NCBI GenBank assembly: GCA_951406725.2
Contig: OX597816.1
Coordinates: 115,940,001 to 116,004,000 of the forward strand
Reading direction: 5' to 3'
DNA from: Octopus vulgaris
Taxonomy: Eukaryota
Length of the DNA stretch: 64,000 nucleotides
This document shows positions 38,850 through 51,455 of this stretch, piece by piece. Numbering within the stretch: the stretch's first letter is position 1; each line of letters opens with the position of its first letter. Under the pieces are notes generated by a model, which was given only the letters and a program-made list of their open reading frames with translations, had not been told where the DNA came from and ran no database searches. The position numbers and the translations under genes were made by a program.

Positions 38850-38949
38850 AGAGAGAGAGAGATATATACATACACATACTTGCACGCATACATATATATG
38901 CATATTCATATACATAAATATATACATATATACATGTATACACACATAT

Positions 38950-40478
38950 TATACTTATTTTCCTTAGATTTAAGTCTATTTTTATATCTAGTTTTGTACA
39001 GGATATATTTACTACACTCGTTCATGTTAATATTATTAATATTGTTAATCATATTATTACTACTTACAAATAAATTGGATATATTTCTACTATTAGATCC
39101 ACTCACTTCGTCGTCAACCAAAGCTCCATTATTATAGTAAGATTTATTGCAGTTCCCATTCTTATTACAATATACTATTTTATCCCAGTATCCTGTCTTT
39201 TTAAGTGCATCATTCGGCATTATTATTAAAGATTTCCGCATTAGAGGATAAATAAGAAATATTAATAACCAAAGTTCTTGTGATCGCTTTAGGACGGTTA
39301 CTGTGAAAGTTGATATATTTTAAATTATTGTTGGGTTTATGATACGGAATTTATAGGCCAGTAAGAAGGATTAACATCCAGGTAATTAACTGAATTAACT
39401 GATTAGAAAAACCAAATCTTTTTTTTAAATTATGGAATTTTTTCATGTATAGGTTTATTTTTCTATTGGATTGACTATTAATCAAAAATAGTGTTTCATC
39501 ACTATAGAGTCCACCTTTAATGTCAGGAAAATCATTATGGAAATTTTATAGTTATATACCTGCTAAGTCAGAAATTTTACAGTATGAATATACCTACTAG
39601 GGCGGAACCGGCAGATCCCATGATTATATCAATCGTTTTTTATAATCATTCGTTTTTTGTGGGGATGGAGGCAGTACTTGTTATCAAATAAAATAATGGA
39701 CTTTCTTGTTTCTAGAATAACTTTAATTTCTCTTAAACTGAGGTTGGAATTTTTGCTAGCAAATATAAGTGCACTATTTAGCACAATGGGATTAATAAAA
39801 GAATAACAATTATTAATATCGAACTCAATGAATTTACTTTTATTTTCATTATTTAATTCATCAAGACAATTAATGGCCTCCTGGGTATTGGACCAGAGAT
39901 CTAGCTTTAATATTTCCTTTAGTTTAAATATATAGTTCTCTAGAAAAAATTTACTTAATCTACCCAGGTCAGAACTGCCTCGGCAAACTAATCTAACTTT
40001 AGGGTTGGAGAAGAAGTTATCTATATGATCTTTCAAAACGATTCTGGGCCTCCTATACACAAAAGGCTCAGTTCAGTCATCAAGATCAATATCGCACGTA
40101 TTTTTCTAGCTTCTCAATACATTCTTACTTACTATTTTATAGTTACTAGTAATTTCATTTTCCATTCATTCATGATATTTATAGATATCCATATGATATA
40201 AATTACTAGTTTTGTCCGAAGGTACAATCATTCCTTTTCTGCTCTTACTTTTTAGTTCACATTTTCAACAGGTGTTCATACCCTCTACGAGGATATTTAA
40301 CAAACTTGGTATTCTTGACGATGTTCCATATATCCTTCTCAAAAGCCTCCAAATGGTGGTTAGGAGGTTGAAATTTTCTGGTTTTGAAGATCTTATAAAT
40401 TTCAAAATCTTCATTAAATGTGTTTCCTCCTTAACAATATCTTTTCCATGGGGAAAAGTTTATCTTAGTTTGTTACTT
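38950..40478 (-). pseudogene. Penelope-like RT relic of a second clade (Naiad/Nematis-like), lacking the endonuclease
   Basis: LEAFEKDIWNIVKNTKF, PSDKTSNLY, LKDHIDNFFSNPKVRLVC..SDLGRLSK, LWSNTQEAI, FIEFDINNCYSFI, DIIMGS, GGLYSDE (for LYRDD), YHKPNN. Clade name is inference. Confidence 0.85.
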
Positions 40479-40494
40479 TATATATATGCTATTG

Positions 40495-40695
40495 TTTTAT
40501 TCATTTACTTGTTTCAGTCATTTGACTACGGCCAATCTGGAGCACCGCCTTTAGTCGAACAAATCGACCCTAGGTCTTATTCTTTGTAAGCCTAGTACTT
40601 ATTCTATTGGTCTCTTTCACCGAACTGCTAAGTTACAGGAACGTAAACACACCAATTTCGGTCGTCAGGTGATGGTGGGGGACAGAGACACACAA
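40495..40695 (-). mobile_element. SINE family A, 3' half of a split copy
   Basis: Runs from the tail up to the internal microsatellite; the 5' half is at 42311-42471. Confidence 0.88.
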
Positions 40696-40710
40696 ATATA
40701 TATATATATA

Positions 40711-41957
40711 CTAGCAGTAATACCCATCGTCGATCAGGTATTTACTTTTACAGTTTCTCGGGAGCCGCATTCAAACTATTATGTTTCTTTATATGAGAAA
40801 AATATGTAATAATTGAAGGAGCAAAAAGATAATTTGATGCATGAACCTCCCGTATTTGTGTATATTATAAGAAAAAAAAACGTAATAATTGAAGGAGAAA
40901 AAAATTGATTTCATTCTTGAATGTAATGATAGCAATGGCAAATTAAGTTATTGAAGTATTCATGTTGCATTAAGAGTGGATATTTGTTTATAAACAATGT
41001 TTTTTTGTTTTATTTCGGGGTGCATAAGCAAAAAGCTTTGATTTTCCTCCCACACGTGATGCTCCTACATAAAGTTTCGAATCTGAACCAGGCTGAGTCT
41101 ACCACTACAGATTTAGATTTACTCTCCTGTATGTAATAATTGAAGTAGAAAAAAGATGGATTTCATACACGAACTTCTGTTAGTTTATTATTTAACAATA
41201 ATAAATGAGTTCTATGTGTTATTTTATTTATCAATACAGTGATGGCAATTCATTTAAATAGGTTTTAATTAAGTTATTGAAGTATTCATGTTGCATTAAG
41301 AGTGAATATTTCTTTATAAACAATGTTTTGTTTTATTTCGGGGTGCATATACAAAAAGATCTGCTTTTGATCCTACACGTGTTGTTCCTACATAGCTATG
41401 TGAAAAGCAAGGTTCTTCAAGTTGCAACCCAGCAACCTTTAGTGTTTGGCCCTGAGAAAGTGGAACACGAAACTAACTGCTTAAACTGGAATGGGACATT
41501 AGATGGTATAACTGGCATGTGAGGAATGAAGACGGTCTCACCTTAGCCACAGCCAGTGAGGATATTTGCCTCAATGCAGTTCCTCTTAAGTTTGTGCATA
41601 ATTAGTGTTGTACCAATGCATAAGTTTTGTCGAGACAAATTACACAGTTCCCACACGTGATGATTCTACATCAAGTTGGTCATGTGAAAAGCATGGTTCT
41701 TCAAGTTCCAATCCAACAGCTTTTAGCGTTTGAGTTTTTTTAATGCTAATCGCAAAAGAAAGAGGGTTAGGACATTGTGTTGAGACAAATTAGGCAATAG
41801 CATAAGAGCTTCTCCTGAATCACGTACTTTCATTTTTCTGGAGAAAGAAAGAGACAGAATTTTTATTCTTATACATAGAAAAAGCATAATAGCTTCCCAT
41901 GGACCATTTATTTTCATTTTGCTGAACAAGCAAACAGACAGACAGAACCTCTCTTAT

Positions 41958-41960
<3 letters not shown>
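40711..41960 (-). mobile_element. Non-autonomous Helitron-like element with internal duplications
   Basis: Minus 3' end: hairpin AATACCTG...TGGGTATT, then ACTG-CTAG|T; (TCTG)n near the 5' end; internal repeats 40941-41080/41267-41395 and 41372-41445/41651-41728. Confidence 0.72.
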
Positions 41961-42042
<82 letters not shown>

Positions 42043-42115
42043 CTAAATTCAGAGGGATTAGGGTATTTAAATACCACTTACTATAATCAGAGCCATCACT
42101 CCAATACCACAAATA

Positions 42116-42167
42116 TTCAGATTTCGCCCTTTCTATGAAAACAATACCCTGAGCTCGTCAGTTGAAA
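42116..42167 (-). ncRNA. Hammerhead-like fold with intact core but missing stem III
   Basis: Minus: TTCAA-CTGACGA-GCTC(21 nt)GGGC-GAAA-TC-TGAA, within an about 250-bp element (42037-42290) bounded by microsatellites. Confidence 0.5.
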
Positions 42168-42310
42168 ATAACGTTTTTAACATCTATTTCTGAAATATTC
42201 ATCACATTACCTCGCGTGCGTTCTTTACATTAAACATCCCCACGACATTCAAAACAAATCGTGAGCCAGTATAAATTCGTGTACACACACAATATATATA
42301 TATATGTGTC

Positions 42311-42471
42311 TATACGACGGGCGTCTTCTAGTTTCTGTCCAATACTCACAAGGCTTTGGTCGGTCCGAGGCTATAGTAGACGATACTTCCCCAAGGTGCC
42401 ACACAGTGGGATTGAACCTGGAATCATGTTTTTGGAAAGCAAGCTTCTTACCACACAGCCACGCCTGCGCC
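42311..42471 (-). mobile_element. SINE family A, 5' half of a split copy
   Basis: Head GGCGCAGGCGTGGCTGTGTGGTAAGAAGC through CCCGTCGTATA. Confidence 0.88.
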
Positions 42472-42894
42472 AATATATATATATATATATGCACACACAC
42501 ACACAAACACTCCACATACGTGCATGTGTGCACATTTATGTTCACACCGTATATTTTGTCTTAAGGTTTAGCTTTTAATTTACTACTGAAATTTCTTCTT
42601 TAAAATACATTTCCATTTATCAAAATAGAAGAAAAAACTTTCTGTTAATGACTTGTTTTTGCTTGTCTTTCTTTTGGTGCTTTTTTTATATATGTTATTT
42701 TTTTGCTGATATTTTTTCTTTTGCCTCCCTCCTCTTCATATACTTTATTGTCGTTATTTTCTTTTTTTGTTTGGTACCACTTGTTTTAAGTATTCCACCA
42801 CTGCCACCCCCACCACCCACTCAATTATTCATATTCTACTTCTTCTCGCAATCTTCTTCTTTGTTTTTACAAACGCCATCAATTTTCATGATTT

Positions 42895-43470
42895 AATCTT
42901 CTTCTCCCACTTCTTCATCATCATCATCTTCTTCTTCATCATCTTCTTCTTCTCCTTCCTCTTCTTCTTCATCTTCTTTTCCTACTACTACTACTACTAC
43001 TACTACTACTAATACTAATACTGGTGCTGCTGCCACTTCCTTTTCATCTTTTTCTACATTCTACTACTACCACTACGACGACGGCTACTGCTACTGCTGC
43101 TGCTATGGCTGCTGCTGTTTCTTCTATTAGTACTGCTACTTCTTTTCTACCACTACTACTACTACTACTACTCCCTTACTTCTACTACTACTACTTTACT
43201 TCTTCTTCTCCTAATACTACTACTGCCACTTCCTTATCATCCACAACACCATATTCTTTTCTCTTCTCCTCGCCTTCCTCATCCTTCGTTTTCTCTTTCA
43301 CTTCCTTCTAGAACCTCATATTCTATCTCTTCCTCATCGTCTTTTTTCCTCATCAGCCTTCTTTTTCTTTTCCTCTTTCTGTTCATTTTTTCTTCTCTTT
43401 TTCTTGTTTTCCTTATTTTCTTCTCACTTCTTTCTCAATTATTCTTCTTCCATCTCCTCATCTCAATTCT
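42895..43470. repeat. Low-complexity (CTT/CAT/CTA/CTG)n and pyrimidine-rich tract
   Basis: Direct inspection. Confidence 0.88.
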
Positions 43471-44046
43471 CCACTTGTAAGTTCACATTGCAAAATAACA
43501 AGTGCCAACTTCAGGCCAGATATTCTAATCTGCCGAATGATTTTAAACTAAGTAAATAAAATAGACCGGAGGCTATTTCAGTCACAGCTAGTTTAATAAC
43601 AGATGTCAGAATGGCTTGAAATAAAAGAAAGAAAACGCCAGAGAAAAATTTAAAATGAAAGAATGGAAAAAATTTCAAAATTTTTAAGTGATTGGACCTG
43701 CTTTTTTTACCATTTGTGTTAAAGAATTATGTTTTTATTCTTTTTTCTTTTTGCTTTCAAATTAAGAAAATATATTTATTTTAATTTTTGTTTACGCTCT
43801 AGATTATGCATATATATACCTTCAGAGTAATGAACTGTTCTATGGATACAATGCTAACGATATAAAAGACAGCCAAATTATTATAGCTCACACATCCATA
43901 GTACTTATATAAACACTGGTTTTGGTGGGATGAATAGATATTGAAGACTCGAAAGCAGTGATATTTTCTTTTAGAGCAATTGGGGAAGACGGAAACTAAA
44001 TATAACAAGGCATTTAGTCTCACCAGTAACAACATCCTTTCAATAA

Positions 44047-44260
44047 CGATCTCAAATTTTGGTACAAGGCCAGCAATTTCGGAGAGAAGGTAAGTAAGTT
44101 GCATCGACTCCAGTATTCAACTGGTACTTATTTTATCCACCCCAAAAGGATGAAAGGCAAAGTGGACCTCACTGAAATTTGAACTCAGAACGTGAAGACG
44201 GACGAAATGCCGCTAAGCATTTCGCCCAGCGTGCTAACGTTTCTGCCAGCTCGCCGCCTT
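44047..44260 (-). mobile_element. SINE family B (first of a tandem pair)
   Basis: Full length; contains GCCTTTCATCCTTTTGGGGTGGATAAAATAAGTACCAG (Meta-domain-like); TTTCAATAA on both flanks. Confidence 0.93.
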
Positions 44261-44280
44261 CTTTTCAATAATAATAATAA

Positions 44281-44481
44281 TCCTTTCTATTAAAGGCACA
44301 CAGCCTGAAATTTTGAGAGAGGGGACTAGTCGATTACATCACAGATACTGAATTTATTGATCTCGAAAGGATGAAAGGTAAAGTTGACCTCGGTGGAATT
44401 TGAACTCAGAACGTAGAGGGGGGCGAAATACCGCTAAGTATTTCGCCCAGCGTGCTAACAATTCTGCCAGCTCATCACCTT
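44281..44481 (-). mobile_element. SINE family B (second of a tandem pair)
   Basis: Same orientation, 20 bp away; flanked by TCAATAATAATAAT (44265-44278 and 44486-44499). Confidence 0.92.
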
Positions 44482-44829
44482 CCCGTCAATAATAATAATG
44501 ATAATATTCCCATCTCGTAAATTTCTTGGGCAAGCTTACAATTTTGGGAGTGAAAGAATAGTTATTTTGATCAAATATCTCCAACTTGATTGATGCTAAT
44601 TTTATAGAAATGGGAAGTACTAAGTTATCATAATCACACGGAACACCGGTACCCTCTGCGCTTCCTTTATAAATCAGAAAACTAACTCTAATACCAGAAA
44701 ACAATCCTACCCAACTCTTCACTAAAATCTGTGGACTTCGATCCAAACAAGAAGTAATTCATCATCTTAACTAACACGCAAAACCACACAGAAACAAATC
44801 CCAGTTTCTTTCCTAATATATTGAGACAC

Positions 44830-45025
44830 TCTCGTCACACTCGTCTCTCGACCTCTCATCCCACATATTGTGTACCTCCAGTTCCCATATCAACCGCAAC
44901 GATCGTTCCATTCTTCCCGAAGCCTCGGCCCTCTGGAATTCTCACCCTGATTATCATTACCTCTAGCCGTAAATTTACAACTATTTAAGAGGAACATTAA
45001 TAGCGTCGATCTCATCGGCTTCTAA
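44830..45025 (+). mobile_element. CR1/L2-group LINE ORF2 3' fragment
   Basis: HTRLS..HP, RSILPEASALWNSHP and NLQLFKRNIN match the typical ORF2 C-terminus (F.PRT..LWN.LP...FK). Confidence 0.6.
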
Positions 45026-46188
45026 CGACCTTAGAATTCAACTCCTTTCACCAAATAAAACCAACTGAAATATTAAGAATTCAACGCCGGGAAGGATCCA
45101 TGCTTAGAACACAAATCGTCGTAACTAAATAAAAAAAAGGACATTATATTAAACAAATTATGTATTCTGCCAATTGTAAGGGAAAGTATAATATTAATTT
45201 ATTTTAATTTTCAAATAAAATGTTATCTTTTTTTTTTTTTTTGCTTACATAGTGTTTATATGTTCCGACTGAAAACCACATGGATTTTTACAAATCAAAT
45301 CAACTAACAATATGCTTGTATTAGGGCTATATCTACCTCAGATTACATGCCACCGTCTTGAAACATGAAACACATAGAGGTATCAACTAAAAGATACAAA
45401 TCCAAAAGTTCTAAAGACAACTACACTAGAAATACATGTAACAACCAAAAAACAACCTACCCAGAATGAGAGAGAGCATAAGATACTAGAATTTTGCTAA
45501 ATTGGAAAACATTCGTGGTTAAGAAAACCGACGATATTTATTTGAAAAAGAACTGACATTCAATAGCAAAACTGTTTGTAACCAGGACTAAATAAAGGCA
45601 GAAACCAATAGAGAGCAATGGCAAGGGATGTGAAAAGATTTTTAGATGGACTATGAATAACGAACGCGTTGCAACTGACGAGAATATTAGAAACTGCAAA
45701 ATATGAACAGAATAATCCTTCGGAAAAATAAGAACTGAGCAAGTAGTACAGATACTAGACAATACAAACAACTTCTAAACATCCAAAAAGGTGTGAAATT
45801 CTTGAAAAATTTTGCTAGCGGTTATCTTACAAAGTACGTATTAAAATGTTAAATCTTCTCTCTAAAGAACTAAGAAATATCTTTATGCACTTGCCCTAAG
45901 AAGTATCGAAGCCCCTAAAAGCAAACACCATAATCTATTTACTTTTAGTATATAAAAACTTTAACAGTAGTAGAGCTATTGATTGTGATAAATGCACCCT
46001 CTAAATATAGGCATGAGCTTCAGAAATCGACAGAAATGTTATTCATACATCCATATATATATGTGTGTGTGTGTGTGCTCGCTGCACAAAACCGCAGCAG
46101 AAACATGCGTAATTTCAGAAATGGAAAGACGTGATTGACTGCTGAATAAAATTGGATATATAAACCTCTGTTCTCCTTATCATTAATT

Positions 46189-46220
<32 letters not shown>

Positions 46221-46812
46221 GCGCACACACACACACACACATACACACACACATATGAGCCTGTGGTTGTAAATTTCTATGCATATGTACATATTTCACC
46301 ATATGTTAAACAAAATCAACTATAAGTGTAAGGTATTATTTTTCAGTGATTTGTATTTATAGTGATAGATGTATTTTTAAACAAAGTAATCAAATTATTC
46401 TATATAAGTTAGGCAAACACATTGTAATTGAGAGTATATAAAATTCTATGTATGTTTGAATATAATTAATATGTGTTCAATTGTCTTAGGAAATATTTTT
46501 AAAACATTAATTCATTATTTAGGCAGAGAGTGTATGAGAATATTAAATAAACAAATATTTTACATATAACTATGAAAAATAGCTTTAGAATGAAGTTTTG
46601 TTTAAGTAAGTGTATAGATAAAGGTAATTAATATAGGCACAAGTATGTATTTCTAAGTGCAGTCAGAAGATAAATTTAAATAAGTACATAATATATGCAT
46701 ATTGTTTATGAGGCAGCTATATTTATATAACTATGATGAATGGATACTTTTAGGGGTAATTCATGATCTATGCTGAGAGTTTACATTCAATAGAAATATG
46801 TTTATAAAACTA

Positions 46813-47679
46813 AAGGGAGTTCGGGCAAAATTTGACCGTTTGCAGAAAAGTTACAACACAATATACCACCCCAAAATAAGTGTTTTTTAATTAAAAAAAA
46901 AAAAACTATATTATAGTTGAAAAATAAGTAGCCGTTCTTAATTTCAACAGTGACTTCAAGACAGCCTCCTCACTGCTTCCCTGAGAAGATCGTCGAACAT
47001 TTCCGTAACCTTGGCCTAAAAATTCACGAACATCTCCGTGATCTTGGAGTCCCTTTGGCCTTGGTGTTGATGGCAAAGCAGTTGGTGTCTTTCTCAACTT
47101 TACTCATAGTAATCCATAGGATTACGGACGGGGGAATTAGGTCAGGAATTGGTGTTGGTGAAGACGGAGAAATTCTCCGATAACCACTTCTGACTCTTTC
47201 CTGGGGTATGACAAGGAGCCGAATCCTGCCACCACACACATAGCCTTCCAGCTGCAATCCCCTCGAGCGAGGATTTAACCAGGAACTTCACATGGTCGTC
47301 TGTATTGAGACTAAGGCCCTATTCAAAGAAGGGTTGAATATTGGGGTGCGGGCGTTGTCAGAACGCCTGTTCTGTCGCTTCTTCCTGGTCACAGCTTCGT
47401 AGTTTCCATTACAGCTGTCTATATAATGTCTTACATGTTTTACAATGTTCCCAGCGAATTGAGCAGTAGTAGTGAAGTCAGTATTTTAACACCCATCGCG
47501 AATCATCGTGATACAGGGGACCCTTTTCTAATATTCAAATCGCTTCCAGTCCTCCATATCAGCTAACATCTTCTCAACTACAACTTTAATCTATATGCTC
47601 TCCAACGCCGTTATATACATCAAGCTGTTCCTGAAAAAAAGGAGACATAAAAATCATCAAATTTAGCCCGAATACTCTG
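46813..47679 (-). mobile_element. Tc1/mariner element of maT (DD37D) type, internally deleted, both TIRs present
   Basis: TIRs AAGGGAGTTCGGGCAAAATTTGA (46813-46835, after TA) and TCAAATTTAGCCCGAATACTCTG (47657-47679). Minus frames: GIAAGRLCVWWQDSAPCHT..SQKWLSENF, *PNSPVRNPMDYY, VEKDTN. Confidence 0.88.
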
Positions 47680-48384
47680 CATATATTGTAGTGTTTCAAG
47701 TGCGACTCTGCATGATGATAACACCTTGAAGAAAATGAAGGTAAAGGTACTTTAATAATGTAAGAGCATAAAAATTAAAGTATAAACAACTAATATGAAA
47801 TATAACTTAAATGGAAGTGGCGTTAAATTTCATGAGTTGACGTAGATTTATTGCCGGTATATATTTTAAATGATTATCCTATTATCATATTACATTAAAC
47901 ATGAGTCACAACATAGTCGTACAACTTTATAGAAATAACAGACTAATTTTCAAATAATGCATTACCATCTCGAAACAGAAAGGTTACATTGACAATAGAT
48001 AGATGTGTATAGCAAATTTTGTCATATATTAGAACAGAACAAACATAAGGAAGAAAACAATATATGTGTGTATTGGTGTGTGCGCGCGTGTGTGTGTTTA
48101 TGCATGGTGGATAATGTAAATCATTATGGTGTCGAGCAAAATGCCTTGCGATATTTGCTCCGTCTCAATTATTTTTTGCTTCATCGGTTACAATTTCCTT
48201 TCTCTTCGACAAGTTGCGGAGACATTTGACGGTCAAAGCATGCGATTGGGTCTGGAACTGTCCAGATGCTAATATTTTGTCAATCTTAAATGACAGAAAC
48301 TTGTGTAAAATATAAATATAAATGGATGGTGATAATAGCTTGATTTCCGTCCAACTGAAAGCTGAGAGGGATCTTATCAACTGA

Positions 48385-48760
48385 ATTGAATCCAATTTTC
48401 AAATCGTACCAATTCTTATTGACAGTAGAGAATTAAAGTATGAAGATTGAGGTAGCAGAGCTTAAACTCATAACATAGAGGAAGAAAATTTAATGCTAAA
48501 AGTCTTGTACTTAACTATTTCGACTTCCCCGAGCTCCGCTCTGTATAACCGTTTCTGATGTAAGCACAAGAATTGAAATTTGGCGTAGGGGGTTCTTTGG
48601 TACCATCGACTGCAGGACTCCACTCGTAATTTATTTTGTAGGTGCTAGAGGGAAAAAAAAGCAAAAACAGCATCGACAGGATTCGAACTCAAAATATAAA
48701 GAACTAAATGGAAACACCGCAAACTAGTTTTACCCAATTTCAAACAATTCTGCCGATTCA
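48385..48760 (-). mobile_element. Two very old SINE family B-like remnants
   Basis: Residual GCACAAG..TGAAATTTGG, TTATTTT, GATTCGAACTCAAAA, TTCTGCCGATTCACC segments in the expected order. Confidence 0.55.
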
Positions 48761-50464
48761 CCACACAACTCTCTGAAGCAGTGATAAATAACAACTGTAA
48801 ACGGAACGTAAACCAGAAGAACTTGTGTAATGAGAAATTAACGAGCCAAACATCATGCTTAGTAGCTGCAAGGAATCTCTTGAGATTTAACTCATATTTT
48901 TGAGAATCTTACGATTAGAAATATGAACATTTCAAAACTGTTAATTTCTTTGAAAATATCTCCACTTCACTTGTGTTACTTTATGATATTTAATTCTTAC
49001 CACAGTGTTTTGTGAGATTAAATTCTATACAGTAGAATTTCATCGTCCGTGGTCATATAGGTATTGCCGATAGAGACCACCGCAGATATTTTCTTAATCA
49101 AGTCAGCACCCTGATCTTCAAAAGAAAACATTAATCTATTAATTATTTATCAAACAAAGTATAAACCCACAAATCTATATCAGATGGACAGAAGTGTATT
49201 TTTTTTTTGTAATGTTTACGCTTTTCTCAGGAGTATTAACAGTATAAAAGAAGTAAACTGGCTTTGAGAGAGAGACCACTTCCTCTATTTATGGTTGCCT
49301 GTATTCAATTAATTCACTGGCTTCTTACACTGTGAATCACAAGTATACTGAACCACATGGGAGCAGAAATGAGCATGTTAAACATGCATGCTCTTCTGGA
49401 AAGCATTAGCAACATAAATAAATTCTAAGACCTCAGGCTAGGAATTAAATTTATTTAATTATCAGTCATTTAGTGAGCTATTTATTAATTGTTAATGAAA
49501 AATTAGTTGGATATTAGATTATTAATTAATTACTGAATTATTGAATGTATTAACTACTATATAATTAATTAATAAAATATTGTGCCCTACTACCATTATC
49601 ACTACTTCTTCCATCCAGCATATCAAGTCACAGGGAGATTAATCGCTATTGTTTTTGTTCAATTTGTTTCAATGTTTGTTTCAATTACTTACTTGAGTGT
49701 CTGCTTTGGTATTTATTAATGACTGCTAAACAAAATTAATTTTACTTTTCTAGTTAATTATTCAGATGCAAGTATGGAGGGTTCTGAGTTATACCAACAA
49801 CGAACTCAATTTGCACAGAAAATGAATTACAACGCAAATACGAGATATATGACAAACGAAACAAGCTGCGCACGCACACACACACACACACACACAAACG
49901 CCCACACACACGCACACACATGCAGAAGCACACTCAGATAAACAAAGAAACAGAAATACTATAGAAACGCATTCTCATATATAGGTACATAAAAATATAA
50001 TTAGTTTCAGTACAATAATGTTTACAAACGAAAATGCCTTCAGATAATGACTACAAAATTTCGTTTGCAAAAATTCCATTTTGTTTTTGTTCATCAACGT
50101 TTTGGTAAATATCAGCGCAAATATTTATCCTGTATCTAACAGAATGAGTTGAGTTGATCATTGAAAATAGTCGTTCTTGCTATTAATAGCTTCGCTATAT
50201 ATGGCTTAATTTGAAGTGCGTTTGTCAGTAGGTCACTTTGCATTTCAATTTTAAATTCATCTGGCATATAATGGAATTGACTTGCATTTTACTGGACTCG
50301 ACTAGGCAAGAAAGATCCAAATATTGGTTTTATTTTACTCATCTGTGTCTTCTTTCAAACTGCGTGGGCCTGCGCTTAAGTATGGAATCGATATTCTTAA
50401 CTCGTTCAGACAAAAGGCCTACTGACAGACTAAATATAAAGAAATAATCAATAGTTTATGGTTA

Positions 50465-50610
50465 AGCGCAAGTATGGCTATGTGGTAAAGAAACTCTCTT
50501 GCAGTTACGTGATTTGGGGCTTTGTCCCACAGCACCTTGGGTATCCGCTTCTACTATAGTTCGCACGCGAGCGAATTTAGTTGACAGAAATTATAAGGAA
50601 ACCCACTGTA
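50465..50610 (+). mobile_element. Old SINE family A, 5' half
   Basis: GCGCAAGTATGGCTATGTGGTAA...CACCTTGGG...CTTCTACTATAG...GACAGAAA, diverged. Confidence 0.75.
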
Positions 50611-50627
50611 CAAATATATATATATAC

Positions 50628-50785
50628 CAGGAGTGGTTGTGTGGTAAGTAGCATGTTTACCAACCACATGGTTCCGGGTTCAGTCCCACTGCGTGGCACC
50701 TTGGGCAAGTGTCTTCTACTATAGCCTCGGGCCGACCAAAGCCTTGTGAGTGGATTTGGTAGACGGAAACTGAAAGAAGCCCGTC

Positions 50786-50829
<44 letters not shown>

Positions 50830-51020
50830 TTGTGCGTCTGTGTTTGTCCCCCTAGCATTGCTTGACAACCGATGCCGGTGTGTTACTTAGCGGTTCGGCA
50901 AAAGAGACCGATAGAATAAGTACTGGGCTTACAAAAGAATAAGTCCCGGGGTCGATTTGCTCGACTAAAGGTGGTGCTCCAGTATGGCCGCAGTCAAATG
51001 ACTGAAACAATTAAAAGAGT
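50628..51020 (+). mobile_element. SINE family A, young copy
   Basis: Near-consensus head, internal (TA)n(TG)n, tail GACTGAAACAATTAAAAGAG. Confidence 0.95.
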
Positions 51021-51268
51021 ATACATACATACATACATAAATACATACATACATACATACATACATACATACATACATACATGCATGCATGCATGCATGC
51101 ATGCATGCATGCATACATACATACATACATACATACATACATACATACATACATACATACATACATGCATACATACATACATACATACATACATACATAC
51201 ATACATACATACATACATACATACATACATACGTACGTACGTACGTACGTACGTATGTACATACATAT
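51021..51268. repeat. Compound (CATA)n-(CATG)n-(CATA)n-(CGTA)n microsatellite
   Basis: Direct inspection. Confidence 0.96.
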
Positions 51269-51294
51269 GTATTTTTACTTTTCTACTTTTTCTA

Positions 51295-51455
51295 TGTATT
51301 GTCTATGTCACCTTGCGGCTCGGCAAAAGGATCGATGAAGTAAGTACCAGACTTAACGAAATCAGTATTGGGATTGACTTATTCAACGAAACTCTTCAAG
51401 ACGGTACCCCGCTATGGCTGCAGTCCAACGACTGATAGATTGTAACCGATAAAAG
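51295..51455 (+). mobile_element. Old SINE family A, 3' half
   Basis: TTGCGGCTCGGCAAAAGGATCGAT...AAGTACCAGACTT...TATGGCTGCAGTCCAACGACTGA. Confidence 0.72.

Noticed and set aside
40790-41930. Spaced direct repeats superficially like a CRISPR array
   Set aside because: Eukaryotic context, long irregular diverged repeats, no cas genes; internal Helitron duplications.
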